The notes: a model not told the origin generated them from the sequence alone. Counted from the stretch's first letter, positions 22,278 through 34,859 are shown. The stretch is DNA of 64,000 nucleotides from Pseudomonadota bacterium (GCA_043827165.1 JBDRPJ010000007.1:123374-187373); one strand, 5' to 3'. Numbers and translations: made by a program.

Positions 22278-23042
22278 ATGGCACGCCGGGCTAAAAGACA
22301 AGGGCCGGACAATCATGATCGCTGGATGGTCTCCTATGCCGACTTCATCACCCTGCTGTTCGCGTTCTTCGTGGTGATGTACGGCATCTCTTCGGTCAAT
22401 GAAGGAAAATACAAGGTGTTCAGCGGTTCCATGACCCAAGCCTTCGGTAAACAGGCGGGAACAGGGGATGCCGGCACCGGTCTGAGTGAGGAGGAGATGT
22501 ACTTCAAGGCTCTTATCGAACGCCGCAATGCGCGTCTGGCCGAGAGATACATCAAGCAGCAGGAACGCATGAAACGCCTGAGCGAGGCGCTCAACAGCAA
22601 ACTGGCGAGCTTCGTCAACAAAGGCGCGATGAGCGTGACGCAGAACGAGCGTGGCGTCACGCTGGACATCAACGCCAGCATGCTGTTCATGCAGGGCGAT
22701 GCGACGCTGCAAGCCGAGGCGGTGGCGACGCTGACCGATGTCGCAAAGATACTGGCAGAGGAGGCTATGCCGGTGGAGGTGGAAGGCTACACCGACAACC
22801 TGCCGATCGCGACGGCGAGGTTTCCCTCCAACTGGGAGCTGTCTTCCGCCCGCGCCAGCAGCGTGGTGCGCCTGTTCATCGAGCAGGGACTGACTGCTGG
22901 AAATCTCAAGGCCATCGGGCACGCGGACAACGAGCCGGTGGCGTCCAACGAAACCGAGGCAGGCCGCGCGCGCAACCGCCGCGTGACGGTCACCGTGCTG
23001 GCACCGCCGCCTGAGGCGGCGATCTCAACCGGCGGAAGCTGA
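22278..23042 (+). CDS. motD: Flagellar stator protein MotD (MotB family)
   Basis: [20 protein letters not shown] and OmpA-like domain (EGYTDN, SNWELS, RARNRRV). Confidence 0.9.
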   Translation: MARRAKRQGPDNHDRWMVSYADFITLLFAFFVVMYGISSVNEGKYKVFSGSMTQAFGKQAGTGDAGTGLSEEEMYFKALIERRNARLAERYIKQQERMKRLSEALNSKLASFVNKGAMSVTQNERGVTLDINASMLFMQGDATLQAEAVATLTDVAKILAEEAMPVEVEGYTDNLPIATARFPSNWELSSARASSVVRLFIEQGLTAGNLKAIGHADNEPVASNETEAGRARNRRVTVTVLAPPPEAAISTGGS

Positions 23043-23672
23043 GCCCTTTGCCAGCAGGTGGTGTTGCAGGCCGTGCACCAGATTCTGCGTCAGCTCAGCC
23101 TGCAATTCCTCGAATTCCGGTGCGATACCCAGTTCCAGACATTGCGTCACGCGCAGTCCCTGATAGCCGCAGGGATTGATGTTGTCGAACGGCGTCAGGT
23201 CCATATCCACATTGAATGACAGTCCGTGATAGCAGCAACCGTTCTTGATCTTCAGCCCCAGCGCGGCGATCTTGGCACCGTTCACATACACGCCTGGCGC
23301 ATCGGCGCGTCCTTCCGCCTGTACCCCATGTTCCGCCAGCAGGTCGATCACGCCTTGTTCAAGTAGACGCACCAAGTCGCGCACGTTGATCTTCCAGTGG
23401 CGCAGGTCCAGCAACAGATAGATCACGATCTGGCCAGGGCCGTGGTAGGTGATCTGCCCGCCACGGTCGATCTTCACGACCGGGATGGAAGTCGGGTTCA
23501 GCAGATGCTCGGGCTTGCCTGCCTGGCCTTGCGTGTAGGTCGGCGGATGTTGCACCAGCCAGATCTCATCCACGGTATCGGCTGTGCGCTCGGCAGTGAA
23601 CTTTTGCATGGCGCGCCAGGTGGGTTCGTAGTCGACCAACCCCAACGCGCGGATGTGGATGGGCGGTGTCAT
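23025..23672 (-). CDS. lipB: Octanoyltransferase LipB
   Basis: [41 protein letters not shown]. Confidence 0.96.
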   Translation of the reverse strand: MTPPIHIRALGLVDYEPTWRAMQKFTAERTADTVDEIWLVQHPPTYTQGQAGKPEHLLNPTSIPVVKIDRGGQITYHGPGQIVIYLLLDLRHWKINVRDLVRLLEQGVIDLLAEHGVQAEGRADAPGVYVNGAKIAALGLKIKNGCCYHGLSFNVDMDLTPFDNINPCGYQGLRVTQCLELGIAPEFEELQAELTQNLVHGLQHHLLAKGSASAG

Positions 23673-23938
23673 AACACCATCTTCACCATTGGGTGGCTGC
23701 TGAGTGCGCGGTAGATGTCGTCGAGCTGCTCGCGCGAGGTAACATGCACCGTGCAGGTCAGGCTGAGATATTTCGCCCCGCTGCTGGCGCGCATCGCAAT
23801 GTCGGCGGCATTGAAGTCCGGCGCGTGCTGCTGCACGGCTTCGGCCATCGCTTGCGCGAAACCCTGCTGTGCGACGCCGAACACCTTGATGGGGAAGTCG
23901 CAGGGAAAGTCGATCAGGGAGTCTTTTTGTTCGTTCAT
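23669..23938 (-). CDS. ybeD: YbeD/DUF493 family protein
   Basis: [22 protein letters not shown]; sits next to lipB. Confidence 0.9.
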   Translation of the reverse strand: MNEQKDSLIDFPCDFPIKVFGVAQQGFAQAMAEAVQQHAPDFNAADIAMRASSGAKYLSLTCTVHVTSREQLDDIYRALSSHPMVKMVL

Positions 23939-24789
23939 TTGCGCATGATCTCTTTTTTGAATGTCTGGTAGAGCGGATACAGCTGCGCGAACATCGCGCC
24001 GGGTTTGCCATCTCCGATAGATCGTCCGTCCAGCGAGGTGATGGGCATCACTTCGCGCGTGGAGGAGGTGAGCAGTAGTTCATCCGCGCTGAACAGTTCT
24101 TCTTTCATGATCTTGCGTATCACGGTCTTGATGCCGTGGGCGGCTGCCAGTTCGAGGATCACGTCGTAGGTGATGCCGGGCAGCATCAGATGGTCTTTCG
24201 GGGGGGCGAGCAGTACGCCGTCCTTCACCATGAAGATGTTGCTGGCCGAGCCTTCGGTCATGAAGCTGTCATCGCGGATCAGGATGGCTTCGCCGCAACC
24301 CGCATCGATAGAGGCTTGACGCATCAATACATTGGGCAGCAGCGAGATGGATTTGATGTCACAGCGCAGCCAGCGGTTGTCCTGCACTGTGATGCAGGCG
24401 ACACCGCTGGCGATCGCTTCAGCCGGGGGATGCGTCAGCGGGCTGCTCATCACGAATACGGTGGGCGGCACCGGCGGATTGGGGAATGGGTGATCGCGCT
24501 TGGCTACGCCGCGCGTGATGTGCAGGTAGAGGTAATGGTCGTCCAGCGAGAGTTGCGCGATCAACACAGCCAGGATCGCTTCCCATTCTTCCACGCTGTG
24601 AGGGTTGGGCAGGCGGATGCCGTCCAGACTGTGTTGCAGACGCTGCAGGTGGTCGCGCATGCGGAACGCATTGCGCGCATAGACCGGGATGACTTCATAC
24701 ACGCCATCGCCGAACAGGAATCCTCGGTCCAGCACCGGCACTTTGGCTTCTTCGATGGGCATGAACGCCCCGTTCAGATAGACATCCAT
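23935..24789 (-). CDS. dat: D-amino acid aminotransferase (class IV)
   Basis: [37 protein letters not shown]. Confidence 0.92.
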   Translation of the reverse strand: MDVYLNGAFMPIEEAKVPVLDRGFLFGDGVYEVIPVYARNAFRMRDHLQRLQHSLDGIRLPNPHSVEEWEAILAVLIAQLSLDDHYLYLHITRGVAKRDHPFPNPPVPPTVFVMSSPLTHPPAEAIASGVACITVQDNRWLRCDIKSISLLPNVLMRQASIDAGCGEAILIRDDSFMTEGSASNIFMVKDGVLLAPPKDHLMLPGITYDVILELAAAHGIKTVIRKIMKEELFSADELLLTSSTREVMPITSLDGRSIGDGKPGAMFAQLYPLYQTFKKEIMRK

Positions 24790-24798
24790 CGTCGCCTC

Positions 24799-25938
24799 CT
24801 ATTGGAACAACAATCGTATCGCATCCACCCCGCGCGAGAACACATTGGCCAGCGGCACGGTATGCAAAGCCACCACGGGCAGGTCGAGGAAAGGCTGGCC
24901 GTTCAGCGTCAGGTGCAAGGTGCCGACCTGCTGCCCGGCATTCACCGGTGCGACCAGCGGCTGCATCGTTTCCAATTGTGCGCTCAACTGTTCGCGTTGT
25001 CCGGCGGGGATGGTGACATAACGATCTTCGCGGAAACCGATGTCGAGCTGGTCCTGCGTGCCTTTCCAGACCGGCATGCTGCGCACAGCCTGCTGTTTTT
25101 GATACAGCTGCAGCGACTCATACTGGCGGAAGCCGTGGTTGAGCAGACGCTGTGTCTCGGAGGTGCGCAATATCTCCTTGTCGGCACCGATCACCACGGC
25201 GATCAGGCGGCGCGGTGCGCGCAGGGCAGACGCTGCCAGCGAGTAGCCGAGCGCTTCGCTGTATGCGGTCTGCATGCCGTCCACATGCGGATCCAGCCAC
25301 AGCAAACGGTTTCGGTTGAACTGGTTGATGCCGTTGTAGCTGTACTCGCGCAAGGCATACAAGCTGTAGAACTGTGGAAAGTCGCGCACCAGTGCCGCCG
25401 CGATCAGCGCCAGATCATGCGCACTGCTGTAATGCTGTGCATCAGCCTCGCCGGTCGCGTTGGTGAAATGCGTGTCGCGCAGCCCCAGCCGCTGGGCTTC
25501 GCTGTTCATGCGGTCGGCGAAGGCGATCTCGTGGTGGGCGACAGCCTCGGCCAGTACACGTGCGGCATCGTTGGCCGATTGCACGATCAGTCCGCGTAGC
25601 AACACCTCGACTGTCACCTCCTTGTCCGCCTCCAGGAACATGCGCGTTTCCTCGTTCTGCAAGCGCAGCGCATAGGGCGTGGGGGCGAGGCGCTGGCTGG
25701 CTGACAAGTCACCGCGTTGGATCGTCCCGAACACCACATAGGCGGTCATCAGCTTGGTCAGGGAGCCGGGAGCGATATGTTCATGCGCCGCTTCGGACAC
25801 CAGCATCTGGCCGCTGCTGGCGTCATACAACGCATAGTGTTTCGCCGCCAGCGTGGGGGCGGGCGGGAAGGCATGGGCGGAAGTGAGCATGCCGGACAAC
25901 AGGCAAAGCAGAAAGAAAGGGAATCGCATATCGGTCAT
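24799..25938 (-). CDS. D-alanyl-D-alanine carboxypeptidase (PBP5/DacC family) with altered KTG motif
   Basis: Signal peptide, SLTK (SxxK), SAN (SxN), NRNRLLW, PBP5 C-terminal domain. KTG position reads QTA. Confidence 0.88.
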   Translation of the reverse strand: MTDMRFPFFLLCLLSGMLTSAHAFPPAPTLAAKHYALYDASSGQMLVSEAAHEHIAPGSLTKLMTAYVVFGTIQRGDLSASQRLAPTPYALRLQNEETRMFLEADKEVTVEVLLRGLIVQSANDAARVLAEAVAHHEIAFADRMNSEAQRLGLRDTHFTNATGEADAQHYSSAHDLALIAAALVRDFPQFYSLYALREYSYNGINQFNRNRLLWLDPHVDGMQTAYSEALGYSLAASALRAPRRLIAVVIGADKEILRTSETQRLLNHGFRQYESLQLYQKQQAVRSMPVWKGTQDQLDIGFREDRYVTIPAGQREQLSAQLETMQPLVAPVNAGQQVGTLHLTLNGQPFLDLPVVALHTVPLANVFSRGVDAIRLLFQ

Positions 25939-26044
25939 GACAGAGTGAGGCGCGGATTATACAGTGCCATGGCAGCCCCTATGCCTGACGGTCCTGCCGA
26001 CATGCTTGAGTTGCACGCTTTCTGCACGTATCCTCCTCACCACT

Positions 26045-26947
26045 ATGACAGTCGATAACTCCCATAATCTGGATTTCACTCAGGAAGTGAGTGGATCTGT
26101 TGATCTGCGACAGGGTATCCGCCATCTGGATTCACTCCCGGCTATGCCGGTCATCGCGCAAAAACTCATGTCTTTGGACTTGGATAGCGATGAAGGTGAA
26201 CAGCAGATGATGCTGCTAATCTCGCAGGATCCGCTCATCTCGGCCAAGATCATCGGCCTGTCCAATTCGCCGCTGCTCGGTCTTGCACGCAAGGCCAACT
26301 CGGTCAAGGATGCCGCCATGCTGCTTGGACTGAACCGGGTAAAGTCGGTGGCCACCGGCATAGCCGTGATGTCTCTGGTGAGCAAATCCATCGGACGCTT
26401 CGATCCGCAGGAACTTTGGCTACACAACCTGAGTGTCGCGTTCGCCATGTTGCCGGTGGTGCGCGCCATGCCGTTCAAGTCGCGTCCGCAGGACGATCTC
26501 ATCTTCCTTGCCGGAATGTTGCACGACATCGGCTATCTGGCGCTGGCGCATCTGGATGTGCAGCGCAGCGATGACTTGCATACGCGTATCGCCATCGAAC
26601 CGGATCGTCCTTCCATCGAGATCGAACGGGAGTTGCTGGCAGCGACGCATGACGAGTTGGGTGCCGAGCTGGCCAAATACTGGAATCTGCCGGAAGAACT
26701 GGTCGCGGTGATCCGTTATCACCACACCCCTGATGCGCCGGAGGCTGCGGCAGGGTTGCCGCTGGCACGCATCATCAACGTCACCGAGAAACTGATTCCG
26801 TCCGTGGGGCTGCGCGAATTCGTTGGCGATCAGGTTACCGACGAAGAATGGGCAGCTTTGGGTATCGACCCGGATAAGGCAGACGAGGTCGCCGCGCAAG
26901 CCGCCGAGCAGGCCGAGCAGGCGATACAGTTCGTCAGCTCTCTCTGA
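26045..26947 (+). CDS. HDOD domain protein
   Basis: LPAMP, DPLISAKII, AGMLHDIG, HDELGAELAKYWNLP, IRYHH. Confidence 0.9.
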   Translation: MTVDNSHNLDFTQEVSGSVDLRQGIRHLDSLPAMPVIAQKLMSLDLDSDEGEQQMMLLISQDPLISAKIIGLSNSPLLGLARKANSVKDAAMLLGLNRVKSVATGIAVMSLVSKSIGRFDPQELWLHNLSVAFAMLPVVRAMPFKSRPQDDLIFLAGMLHDIGYLALAHLDVQRSDDLHTRIAIEPDRPSIEIERELLAATHDELGAELAKYWNLPEELVAVIRYHHTPDAPEAAAGLPLARIINVTEKLIPSVGLREFVGDQVTDEEWAALGIDPDKADEVAAQAAEQAEQAIQFVSSL

Positions 26948-26971
26948 TCGTGCGGGCGCCCCCGGCGCCGT

Positions 26972-27505
26972 TCAATCCACCACGTGTCGCTTCGCCAGCT
27001 TGCGTTGCAAGGTGCGGCGGTGCATGTTGAGCAGGCGGGCCGTGGCGGAGATGTTGCCGTGCTGTTCCAGCAGTACGCGGTTGATGTGTTCCCACTCCAG
27101 ACGGTCGACGGTGGCGGGTTGCGCATCCACCGCTTTGTCCGGATCGGCGCTGTGGCCGAAAGCGGCCACGATCTCGTCGGCGTTGGCCGGTTTGGAAAGA
27201 TATTGCGTGGCCCCCAGTTTGATCGCTTCCACCGCGGTGGCGATGCTGGCATAGCCGGTGAGCATGACGATGCGCGTGTTGGGGTCGAGCTCGTGCAGAC
27301 GCTGCACCAGTACCAGTCCAGAAACACCGTTCATCTTGAGATCGATCACCGCGAATTCCGGCGGATTCTCTTCCGCCAGCGGCAAGGCATTTTCCACACT
27401 GTTCGCATCGCTCACGGCGTAACCGCGCTTTTCCAGCGCGCGTCTCAACACACCTCTGAAGGTGTCGTCATCATCGACCAGTAGCAGGGTCGGCAGGTCG
27501 CTCAT
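26972..27505 (-). CDS. regA: RegA/PrrA/RoxR family response regulator
   Basis: LTGYASIATAVEAIKLGA, LEWEHI, NISATARLLNMHRRTLQRKL. Confidence 0.93.
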   Translation of the reverse strand: MSDLPTLLLVDDDDTFRGVLRRALEKRGYAVSDANSVENALPLAEENPPEFAVIDLKMNGVSGLVLVQRLHELDPNTRIVMLTGYASIATAVEAIKLGATQYLSKPANADEIVAAFGHSADPDKAVDAQPATVDRLEWEHINRVLLEQHGNISATARLLNMHRRTLQRKLAKRHVVD

Positions 27506-28866
27506 GTGTTCACCTTGGTGCGGGGCAATATCACTTCGGTGGTCGCGCCGCCGCCTTCTCGGTTGGATAGTTGCACGCTACCGCCCAGCCGTTCCAGCGT
27601 GGCGTTGGCAAGGAACAGGCCGAGTCCGCGACCTTCTTCCTTGGTGGTGAAGAATGCGGAGCCGGCGCGTTCGGCCGCCTCCGGTGTGAGGCCGGGACCG
27701 TGGTCGCGTATCTCCAGCACGGTGCGCTCATTGTTCCAGTGCAGCAGGATATCCATCTCGTCCGGCGAGGCATCGGCAGCATTGTTGAGCAGGTTCAGCA
27801 ATGCGGCACGCAGGGCGGGGTCGGCGCTGATGTACGGCGCGGGTCGAGCGCCGTCTGTCTGATAGCGGTAATGCACGGTGGGGCGCAGCAACTGCCACTC
27901 GTCCAGCACTTCATGCAGGAAAGTCTCCACATCCACTTCGTCCGGCGACTCCTGTGCGTGGCGGATCAGGGTGTCGAGGATGCGCTTGCAGTTCTTCACT
28001 TGATCGTCGAGCAGACTCAGATTCTCCTTTTGCTCGGGGTTCTCGCACTCGTCGCGCATTTCGCCGATGACCACCGCCATGGTGGAGAGTGGTGTACCCA
28101 TCTCATGCGCGGCGCTGGCCGCCAGCGTACCGAGCGCCACGATGCGTTCGTTGCGCAACGTCTCTTCTCGCACACGGTTGAGCTGCGCGTCGCGCAGGCG
28201 CACCGCCGCTGCCATCTCCACCGCGAAATAGGCGATCACCGCCGCGCTGATGAGGAAGCCCAGCCACATGCCTATCACGTGGGTGTTGAAGGCATCGCCC
28301 AGTGGCGAGGCGTCTGGCGTAGCGGCGGGAGCTGGCTCGGTGCGGCAGAAGTCGGGGTCGTTATGCCCGGTGTGCTGATCGGGTGCGATCTGTGTCATGG
28401 CTGGGGTGTGTTGCGCATGGGCATCGCCTGTCGGCAGCGGTACATACCAGACCATCAGCAAGCTGTAGCAAGCCAGCGTCAGAGTCGCCATGCCCCAGGT
28501 GTAGCGGCGCGGCAGGATGGCGGCGGCCAGCACCAGCGGCAACAGGTAGAGCGATATGAAGGGATTGGTGGAGCCGCCCGCGTAATAGAGCAACACGCTG
28601 AGGATGGTCACGTCCAGCGTCAGTTGCACGAAAAGTTCCAGGTGACTGACCGGGTAATCGCGTGACAGTCGCCACCAGGTCAGAGCATTGGCAAGCGCCA
28701 GCACGCCGACCGTGGAGAGCATCGGTAGCCAGGCGAGATCGGTGCTGAGGAAGCGGTGCACCAAGATCAGCGTGACCAGCTGAGCGAGGATGGCCCAGTT
28801 GCGCAACATGAACAGGCGGCGCAGGTGCGAGTGTCCGGTCTGGGAGGCGAGCAGGGAAGAATGCAT
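27502..28866 (-). CDS. regB: RegB/PrrB/RoxS family sensor histidine kinase
   Basis: Multi-TM N-terminus with GGSTNPF quinone-site motif, AAHEMGTPL H-box, conserved Cys (NCKRIL), GRGLGL. Confidence 0.9.
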   Translation of the reverse strand: MHSSLLASQTGHSHLRRLFMLRNWAILAQLVTLILVHRFLSTDLAWLPMLSTVGVLALANALTWWRLSRDYPVSHLELFVQLTLDVTILSVLLYYAGGSTNPFISLYLLPLVLAAAILPRRYTWGMATLTLACYSLLMVWYVPLPTGDAHAQHTPAMTQIAPDQHTGHNDPDFCRTEPAPAATPDASPLGDAFNTHVIGMWLGFLISAAVIAYFAVEMAAAVRLRDAQLNRVREETLRNERIVALGTLAASAAHEMGTPLSTMAVVIGEMRDECENPEQKENLSLLDDQVKNCKRILDTLIRHAQESPDEVDVETFLHEVLDEWQLLRPTVHYRYQTDGARPAPYISADPALRAALLNLLNNAADASPDEMDILLHWNNERTVLEIRDHGPGLTPEAAERAGSAFFTTKEEGRGLGLFLANATLERLGGSVQLSNREGGGATTEVILPRTKVNT

Positions 28867-28902
28867 GGCGCGGATTCTACCGGATGCCCGTGTTTACAGG
28901 CG

Positions 28903-28919
28903 TGCGACAAAATGACGCA
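28903..28919. promoter_or_regulatory. RegA/PrrA-type binding box
   Basis: TGCGAC-AAAAT-GACGCA fits the GCGNC...GNCGC consensus, in the divergent regB/oprC intergenic region. Confidence 0.7.
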
Positions 28920-28984
28920 GGGGCGCGCAGGGCGAACTCCCTACAATCTTTTCCGCTTGAATTTGATAAACCGGAGGAGATGAG

Positions 28985-31021
28985 ATGAAGTTGAAGATGA
29001 TTGCGGCGTGCGTCGCGCTGGCATTGAGCCATGCAGCGATGGCGGCAGACGAGACGATGGACGAAGTGGTGGTGACCGCTCCGCATAGCAGCGCACCGTT
29101 GACAGTGAAGACCGACCCGAGGAAGCCGCGCCAGCCCGTGCCCGCCCACGACGGGGCCGATTATCTCAAGACCATCCCCGGCTTCTCGGTGATCCGCAAA
29201 GGCGGCACGGACGGCGATCCGGTGCTGCGCGGCATGGCCGGTTCGCGTTTGAACATCCTGCTCGACGGCGAGCATATCCTCGGCGGCTGCGGCCAGCGCA
29301 TGGACCCGCCGACCGCCTATGTCTTCCCGGCCGCATATAGCAAGATCACCGTGCTGAAAGGTCCGCAGACCGTGTTGTACGGTCCCGGTAACTCGGCCGG
29401 TACGGTGTTGTTCGAGCGTGAGGTCGACCGTGCAGGGCAGGCGGGGCTGCACGCCGATGCGGCGCTGATGCTGGGCAGTTTCGGTCGCAACGACCAGATC
29501 GTCGATGTGCGGGGCGGCAGCGAGTCGTTCTACGCGCAGGGGATATACACGCGCAGTGATGCCAACGATTACACCGATGGATCCGGCAAGGCGGTGCATT
29601 CCGCTTACACGCGCTGGAGCGCCAATACTGCTCTGGGCTGGACGCCGGACGATGATACCCGCGTGGAGCTGAACGCCGCGCAGAGCGACGGCAAGGCCGC
29701 CTACGCCGACCGCGCCATGGACGGTGTGAAGTTCGCGCGTGACAATGTCGGCCTCAAGTTCACCAAGCAGCGCATGGGCGGTTTGCTGGACGGTGTGGAG
29801 GCGCAACTCTTCCACAACTACATCGACCATGTGATGGACAACTATTCGCTGCGCACTTTTACGGCCTCGATGATGATGCCGAACCCTGCCGTCTCCAACC
29901 CGGATCGCACCACCGATGGACTGCGTGCGGTAGCGACCCTGCTGCCGACGGATGCGCTGCAGCTGGAACTGGGCGTCGATCACCAGAGCAACACGCATAC
30001 CCTGCGTTCGACCATGAACCAGACCACAACACCGTATGAGAACAAGACGCGCGTGCAGGATGCCGCCTTCCGCAACACCGGTGTGTTCGGCGAGATGGCA
30101 TTGGCGCTCGACGACACTTCGCGTCTCATCGGCGGTCTGCGCGCCGACAGCTGGCATGCACAGGATGACCGGGCGATGGTGATGCGCGGCATGACTGCGG
30201 TGATGAATCCCTCCGCCAACCATACGCGCAGCACCACGCTGACATCGGGCTTCGTTCGTCACGAACACGAGATCGGCGCGCATACGGTGTATGTGGGGCT
30301 GGGCATGGCACAACGCTTCCCAGACTACTGGGAGCTGATCAACAAGGAGAGCGCGACCGCGGCCAGTGTGTTCGATACGCTGAACCCGGAGAAGACGGTG
30401 CAACTCGATGTTGGCATGAGCTACGCGGCCGGTGACTGGAGTGGCTCGCTTTCCGGTTTCTACAGCAAGGTGAGCGACTTCATCCTGATCGAATCCAACG
30501 TCAACAAAGGCACCGTGATGATGCCCGTATTGGTCAGTATCGCGCGCAACATCTCGGCCACCACTTACGGTGGAGAAGCGGGCGTGGCCTGGCGCATGAC
30601 GGAGACGGTCAAACTGGACGGCACGTTATCCTATGTGCGTGGCAGCAACGACACGGACGGCTTGGCGCTGGCACAACTGCCTCCGCTGGAGGCGCGTCTG
30701 GCAGCGACCTATGACAACCGTGTGTGGAGCGCGGGCGGGCTGTTGCGCATGGTGGCCGCGCAGGATCGTTTCGCACTCAACCAAGGCAACATCGCCGGAC
30801 AGGACATCGCCGCGACGGCAGGATTCGCGGTGTTCTCGCTCAATGGTAGCTACCGTTTGACCAAGCAGGCGCAATTGAGCGCGGGCGTGGACAACCTGTT
30901 CGACAAGACATATGCCGAGCATCTCAGCCGTGCCGGCAGCATGATCAGCGGGTTCACCCAGACTTCGCGCGTCAACGAGCCCGGGCGTAATCTGTGGGTG
31001 AAGGCCAACGTCGCTTTCTGA
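28985..31021 (+). CDS. TonB-dependent copper receptor (OprC/NosA family)
   Basis: PRQPVPAHDGADYL, CxxxM (CGQRMDPP), HVMDNYSLR, Met-rich loops, C-terminal Phe. Confidence 0.92.
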   Translation: MKLKMIAACVALALSHAAMAADETMDEVVVTAPHSSAPLTVKTDPRKPRQPVPAHDGADYLKTIPGFSVIRKGGTDGDPVLRGMAGSRLNILLDGEHILGGCGQRMDPPTAYVFPAAYSKITVLKGPQTVLYGPGNSAGTVLFEREVDRAGQAGLHADAALMLGSFGRNDQIVDVRGGSESFYAQGIYTRSDANDYTDGSGKAVHSAYTRWSANTALGWTPDDDTRVELNAAQSDGKAAYADRAMDGVKFARDNVGLKFTKQRMGGLLDGVEAQLFHNYIDHVMDNYSLRTFTASMMMPNPAVSNPDRTTDGLRAVATLLPTDALQLELGVDHQSNTHTLRSTMNQTTTPYENKTRVQDAAFRNTGVFGEMALALDDTSRLIGGLRADSWHAQDDRAMVMRGMTAVMNPSANHTRSTTLTSGFVRHEHEIGAHTVYVGLGMAQRFPDYWELINKESATAASVFDTLNPEKTVQLDVGMSYAAGDWSGSLSGFYSKVSDFILIESNVNKGTVMMPVLVSIARNISATTYGGEAGVAWRMTETVKLDGTLSYVRGSNDTDGLALAQLPPLEARLAATYDNRVWSAGGLLRMVAAQDRFALNQGNIAGQDIAATAGFAVFSLNGSYRLTKQAQLSAGVDNLFDKTYAEHLSRAGSMISGFTQTSRVNEPGRNLWVKANVAF

Positions 31022-31087
31022 TGGTCGGAATCGGGGCTAGAATAGGGCGCCGCAGCGATGCGGCGCCTCATTTACAAGGAGTATCAA

Positions 31088-31594
31088 ATGCGTAAGGTTC
31101 TTTTTGCAGTGTTGTTCGGTCTGTCTTTTGCTGCGCAAGCGGCTGATGTGCAGGTTTCCCATGCATGGACGCGTGCCACGGCACCGGGGCAGGACAGCGC
31201 GATGGTGCAAGCTGTCATCACCAGCCAGCAGGCGGCGCAACTGGTAGGTGTCACATGTGATTGTGCACAGACAGCCGAACTGCACAGCATGGTACACGAG
31301 GGTGGCATGATGAAGATGCGCCAGGTCGAAGCTATCGATCTGCCGGCAGGCTCGGCGGTCGATCTTGGCGCGGCTGGATATCATCTGATGTTGATCGGCT
31401 TGAAGCAGCAGATCAAGGAAGGCCAGCAGATCCAGCTGGCACTCTCCCTGCGCTACAAGGACGGGAAGATCAAAACAGTGAAGTTCAAAGCCCCAGCCAA
31501 GGCCTTGAACGCCAGTGCAAGCAAGCCCATGCACGACATGCCCGCAGTTGGCGGACACGACATGGGTAACATGCATAAACATATGCAGCATTGA
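31088..31594 (+). CDS. Periplasmic copper chaperone PCuAC with His/Met tail
   Basis: AWTRATAPG, ELHSM...GMMKM...YHLML motif; tail MHDMPAVGGHDMGNMHKHMQH. Confidence 0.92.
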   Translation: MRKVLFAVLFGLSFAAQAADVQVSHAWTRATAPGQDSAMVQAVITSQQAAQLVGVTCDCAQTAELHSMVHEGGMMKMRQVEAIDLPAGSAVDLGAAGYHLMLIGLKQQIKEGQQIQLALSLRYKDGKIKTVKFKAPAKALNASASKPMHDMPAVGGHDMGNMHKHMQH

Positions 31595-31608
31595 TCGCGG
31601 AGGGCGGC

Positions 31609-32082
31609 ATGCGCAGAACCCTGTTCCTTATCCTGAGTTTGCTCTTTGCGCCGCAAACTTATGCGGCCAGCGATGTGCTGGTGGACAAGGTCTGGATGCG
31701 CGAGAGCGTACCGGGGCAGACAGCCGCCACCGTGCAACTAAATCTGTACGTGACCAGGGATGCGACACTGCTGGGTGTCAGCAGTCCGCTGGCAGCGTCC
31801 GGGGAGATACGCCACGTCATGAAACGCAGCGGCAAGATGCAGCAACGCACATTGCGCGACCTGAAGCTGGCCGGTCATAGCAACACGCTGTTCGGCGAGC
31901 GCGGCTTGTATCTGATGCTGACCGGGCTGAAGCAGCCCCTTAATGTCGGCGACAAGGTGCCAGTGACCTTGTCCCTCAAGATAGGCGGCAAGACGCGGGA
32001 TGTCGAAGTGCAAGCAGCGGTACGTGCATTGGAGCTGAGCTACAAGCACTACAACGATCCGGCAGTGATGGATCACCAGTAG
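31609..32082 (+). CDS. Second PCuAC-like protein with degenerate metal motif
   Basis: VWMRESVPG, LMLTGLKQPLNVGDKVPVTL fold signature; the HxM motif reads YLM. Confidence 0.8.
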   Translation: MRRTLFLILSLLFAPQTYAASDVLVDKVWMRESVPGQTAATVQLNLYVTRDATLLGVSSPLAASGEIRHVMKRSGKMQQRTLRDLKLAGHSNTLFGERGLYLMLTGLKQPLNVGDKVPVTLSLKIGGKTRDVEVQAAVRALELSYKHYNDPAVMDHQ

Positions 32083-32096
32083 CACCCATCGTTGCA

Positions 32097-32131
32097 CATT
32101 AAAAAGGCGGCTGCGAGCCGCCTTTTTAATG
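32097..32131. terminator. Intrinsic terminator (bidirectional shape)
   Basis: CATTAAAAAGGCGGCT-GCG-AGCCGCCTTTTTAATG perfect inverted repeat. Confidence 0.85.
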
Positions 32132-32215
32132 CCCTTGAAATTCTCCTTGTCGACCATAGATTGCAAACAGGCGGAGGTTCCCGCCAGTCTGTGAACGCAA
32201 CTCAAGGAGAACGAA

Positions 32216-34252
<2,037 letters not shown>

Positions 34253-34265
34253 GAAAGGAAAAATT

Positions 34266-34853
34266 ATGGCGACCAAGCAAACGGGTGAAAGAAAGCTACA
34301 GATCCTGCAAACCATCGCGGAGATGCTGGAACAACCCAAAGGCGAGAAGATCACCACTGCCGCCCTGGCGGGGCGATTGCAACTGTCCGAGGCGGCGCTG
34401 TACCGTCACTTCGCCAGCAAGGCGCAGATGTATGAAGGGCTGATCGAATTCATCGAGCAGACCGTGTTCGGTCTCATCAACAAGATCGTCACGGAAGAGC
34501 AGGACGGGTTGCGGCAGGTGGAGGGCATCCTTGCGCTGCTGCTCGGCTTCGCGCAGAAGAACCGAGGCATGACGCGCGTGCTGATCGGCGATGCGCTGGT
34601 GAACGAGGATGAGCGCTTGCAACTGCGTATCAACCAGTTCCTGGATCGCGTCGAGACCACGCTCAAGCAATCGCTGCGCATCGCCTCCACGCAGGGCAGA
34701 TTGTCCGCAGATGCCGATGTCGGGGCGCATGCCAACCTGCTGCTGTGCTATGTGGTCGGCCGCTGGCAGCAGTTCGGCAAGAGCGGCTACAAGCGCCTGC
34801 CGATGGAGCAGTGGCCGCAGCAGTGGGCGATATTGCTGCTGCAGTTCAAATAA
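34266..34853 (+). CDS. slmA: Nucleoid occlusion factor SlmA (TetR family)
   Basis: KITTAALA, SEAALYRHFASKAQMYEGLIEFIE. Confidence 0.93.
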   Translation: MATKQTGERKLQILQTIAEMLEQPKGEKITTAALAGRLQLSEAALYRHFASKAQMYEGLIEFIEQTVFGLINKIVTEEQDGLRQVEGILALLLGFAQKNRGMTRVLIGDALVNEDERLQLRINQFLDRVETTLKQSLRIASTQGRLSADADVGAHANLLLCYVVGRWQQFGKSGYKRLPMEQWPQQWAILLLQFK

Positions 34854-34859
34854 GCTCGG

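Noticed and set aside
28957-28970. FNR-like box TTGAA-N4-ATAAA before the copper receptor
   Set aside because: Two mismatches and very close to the start codon.
32134-32159. Sigma-32-like promoter before hsp20 (CTTGAA...GACCAT)
   Set aside because: Biologically plausible, but the spacer is only 12 bp and the -10 is imperfect, so it is not called.
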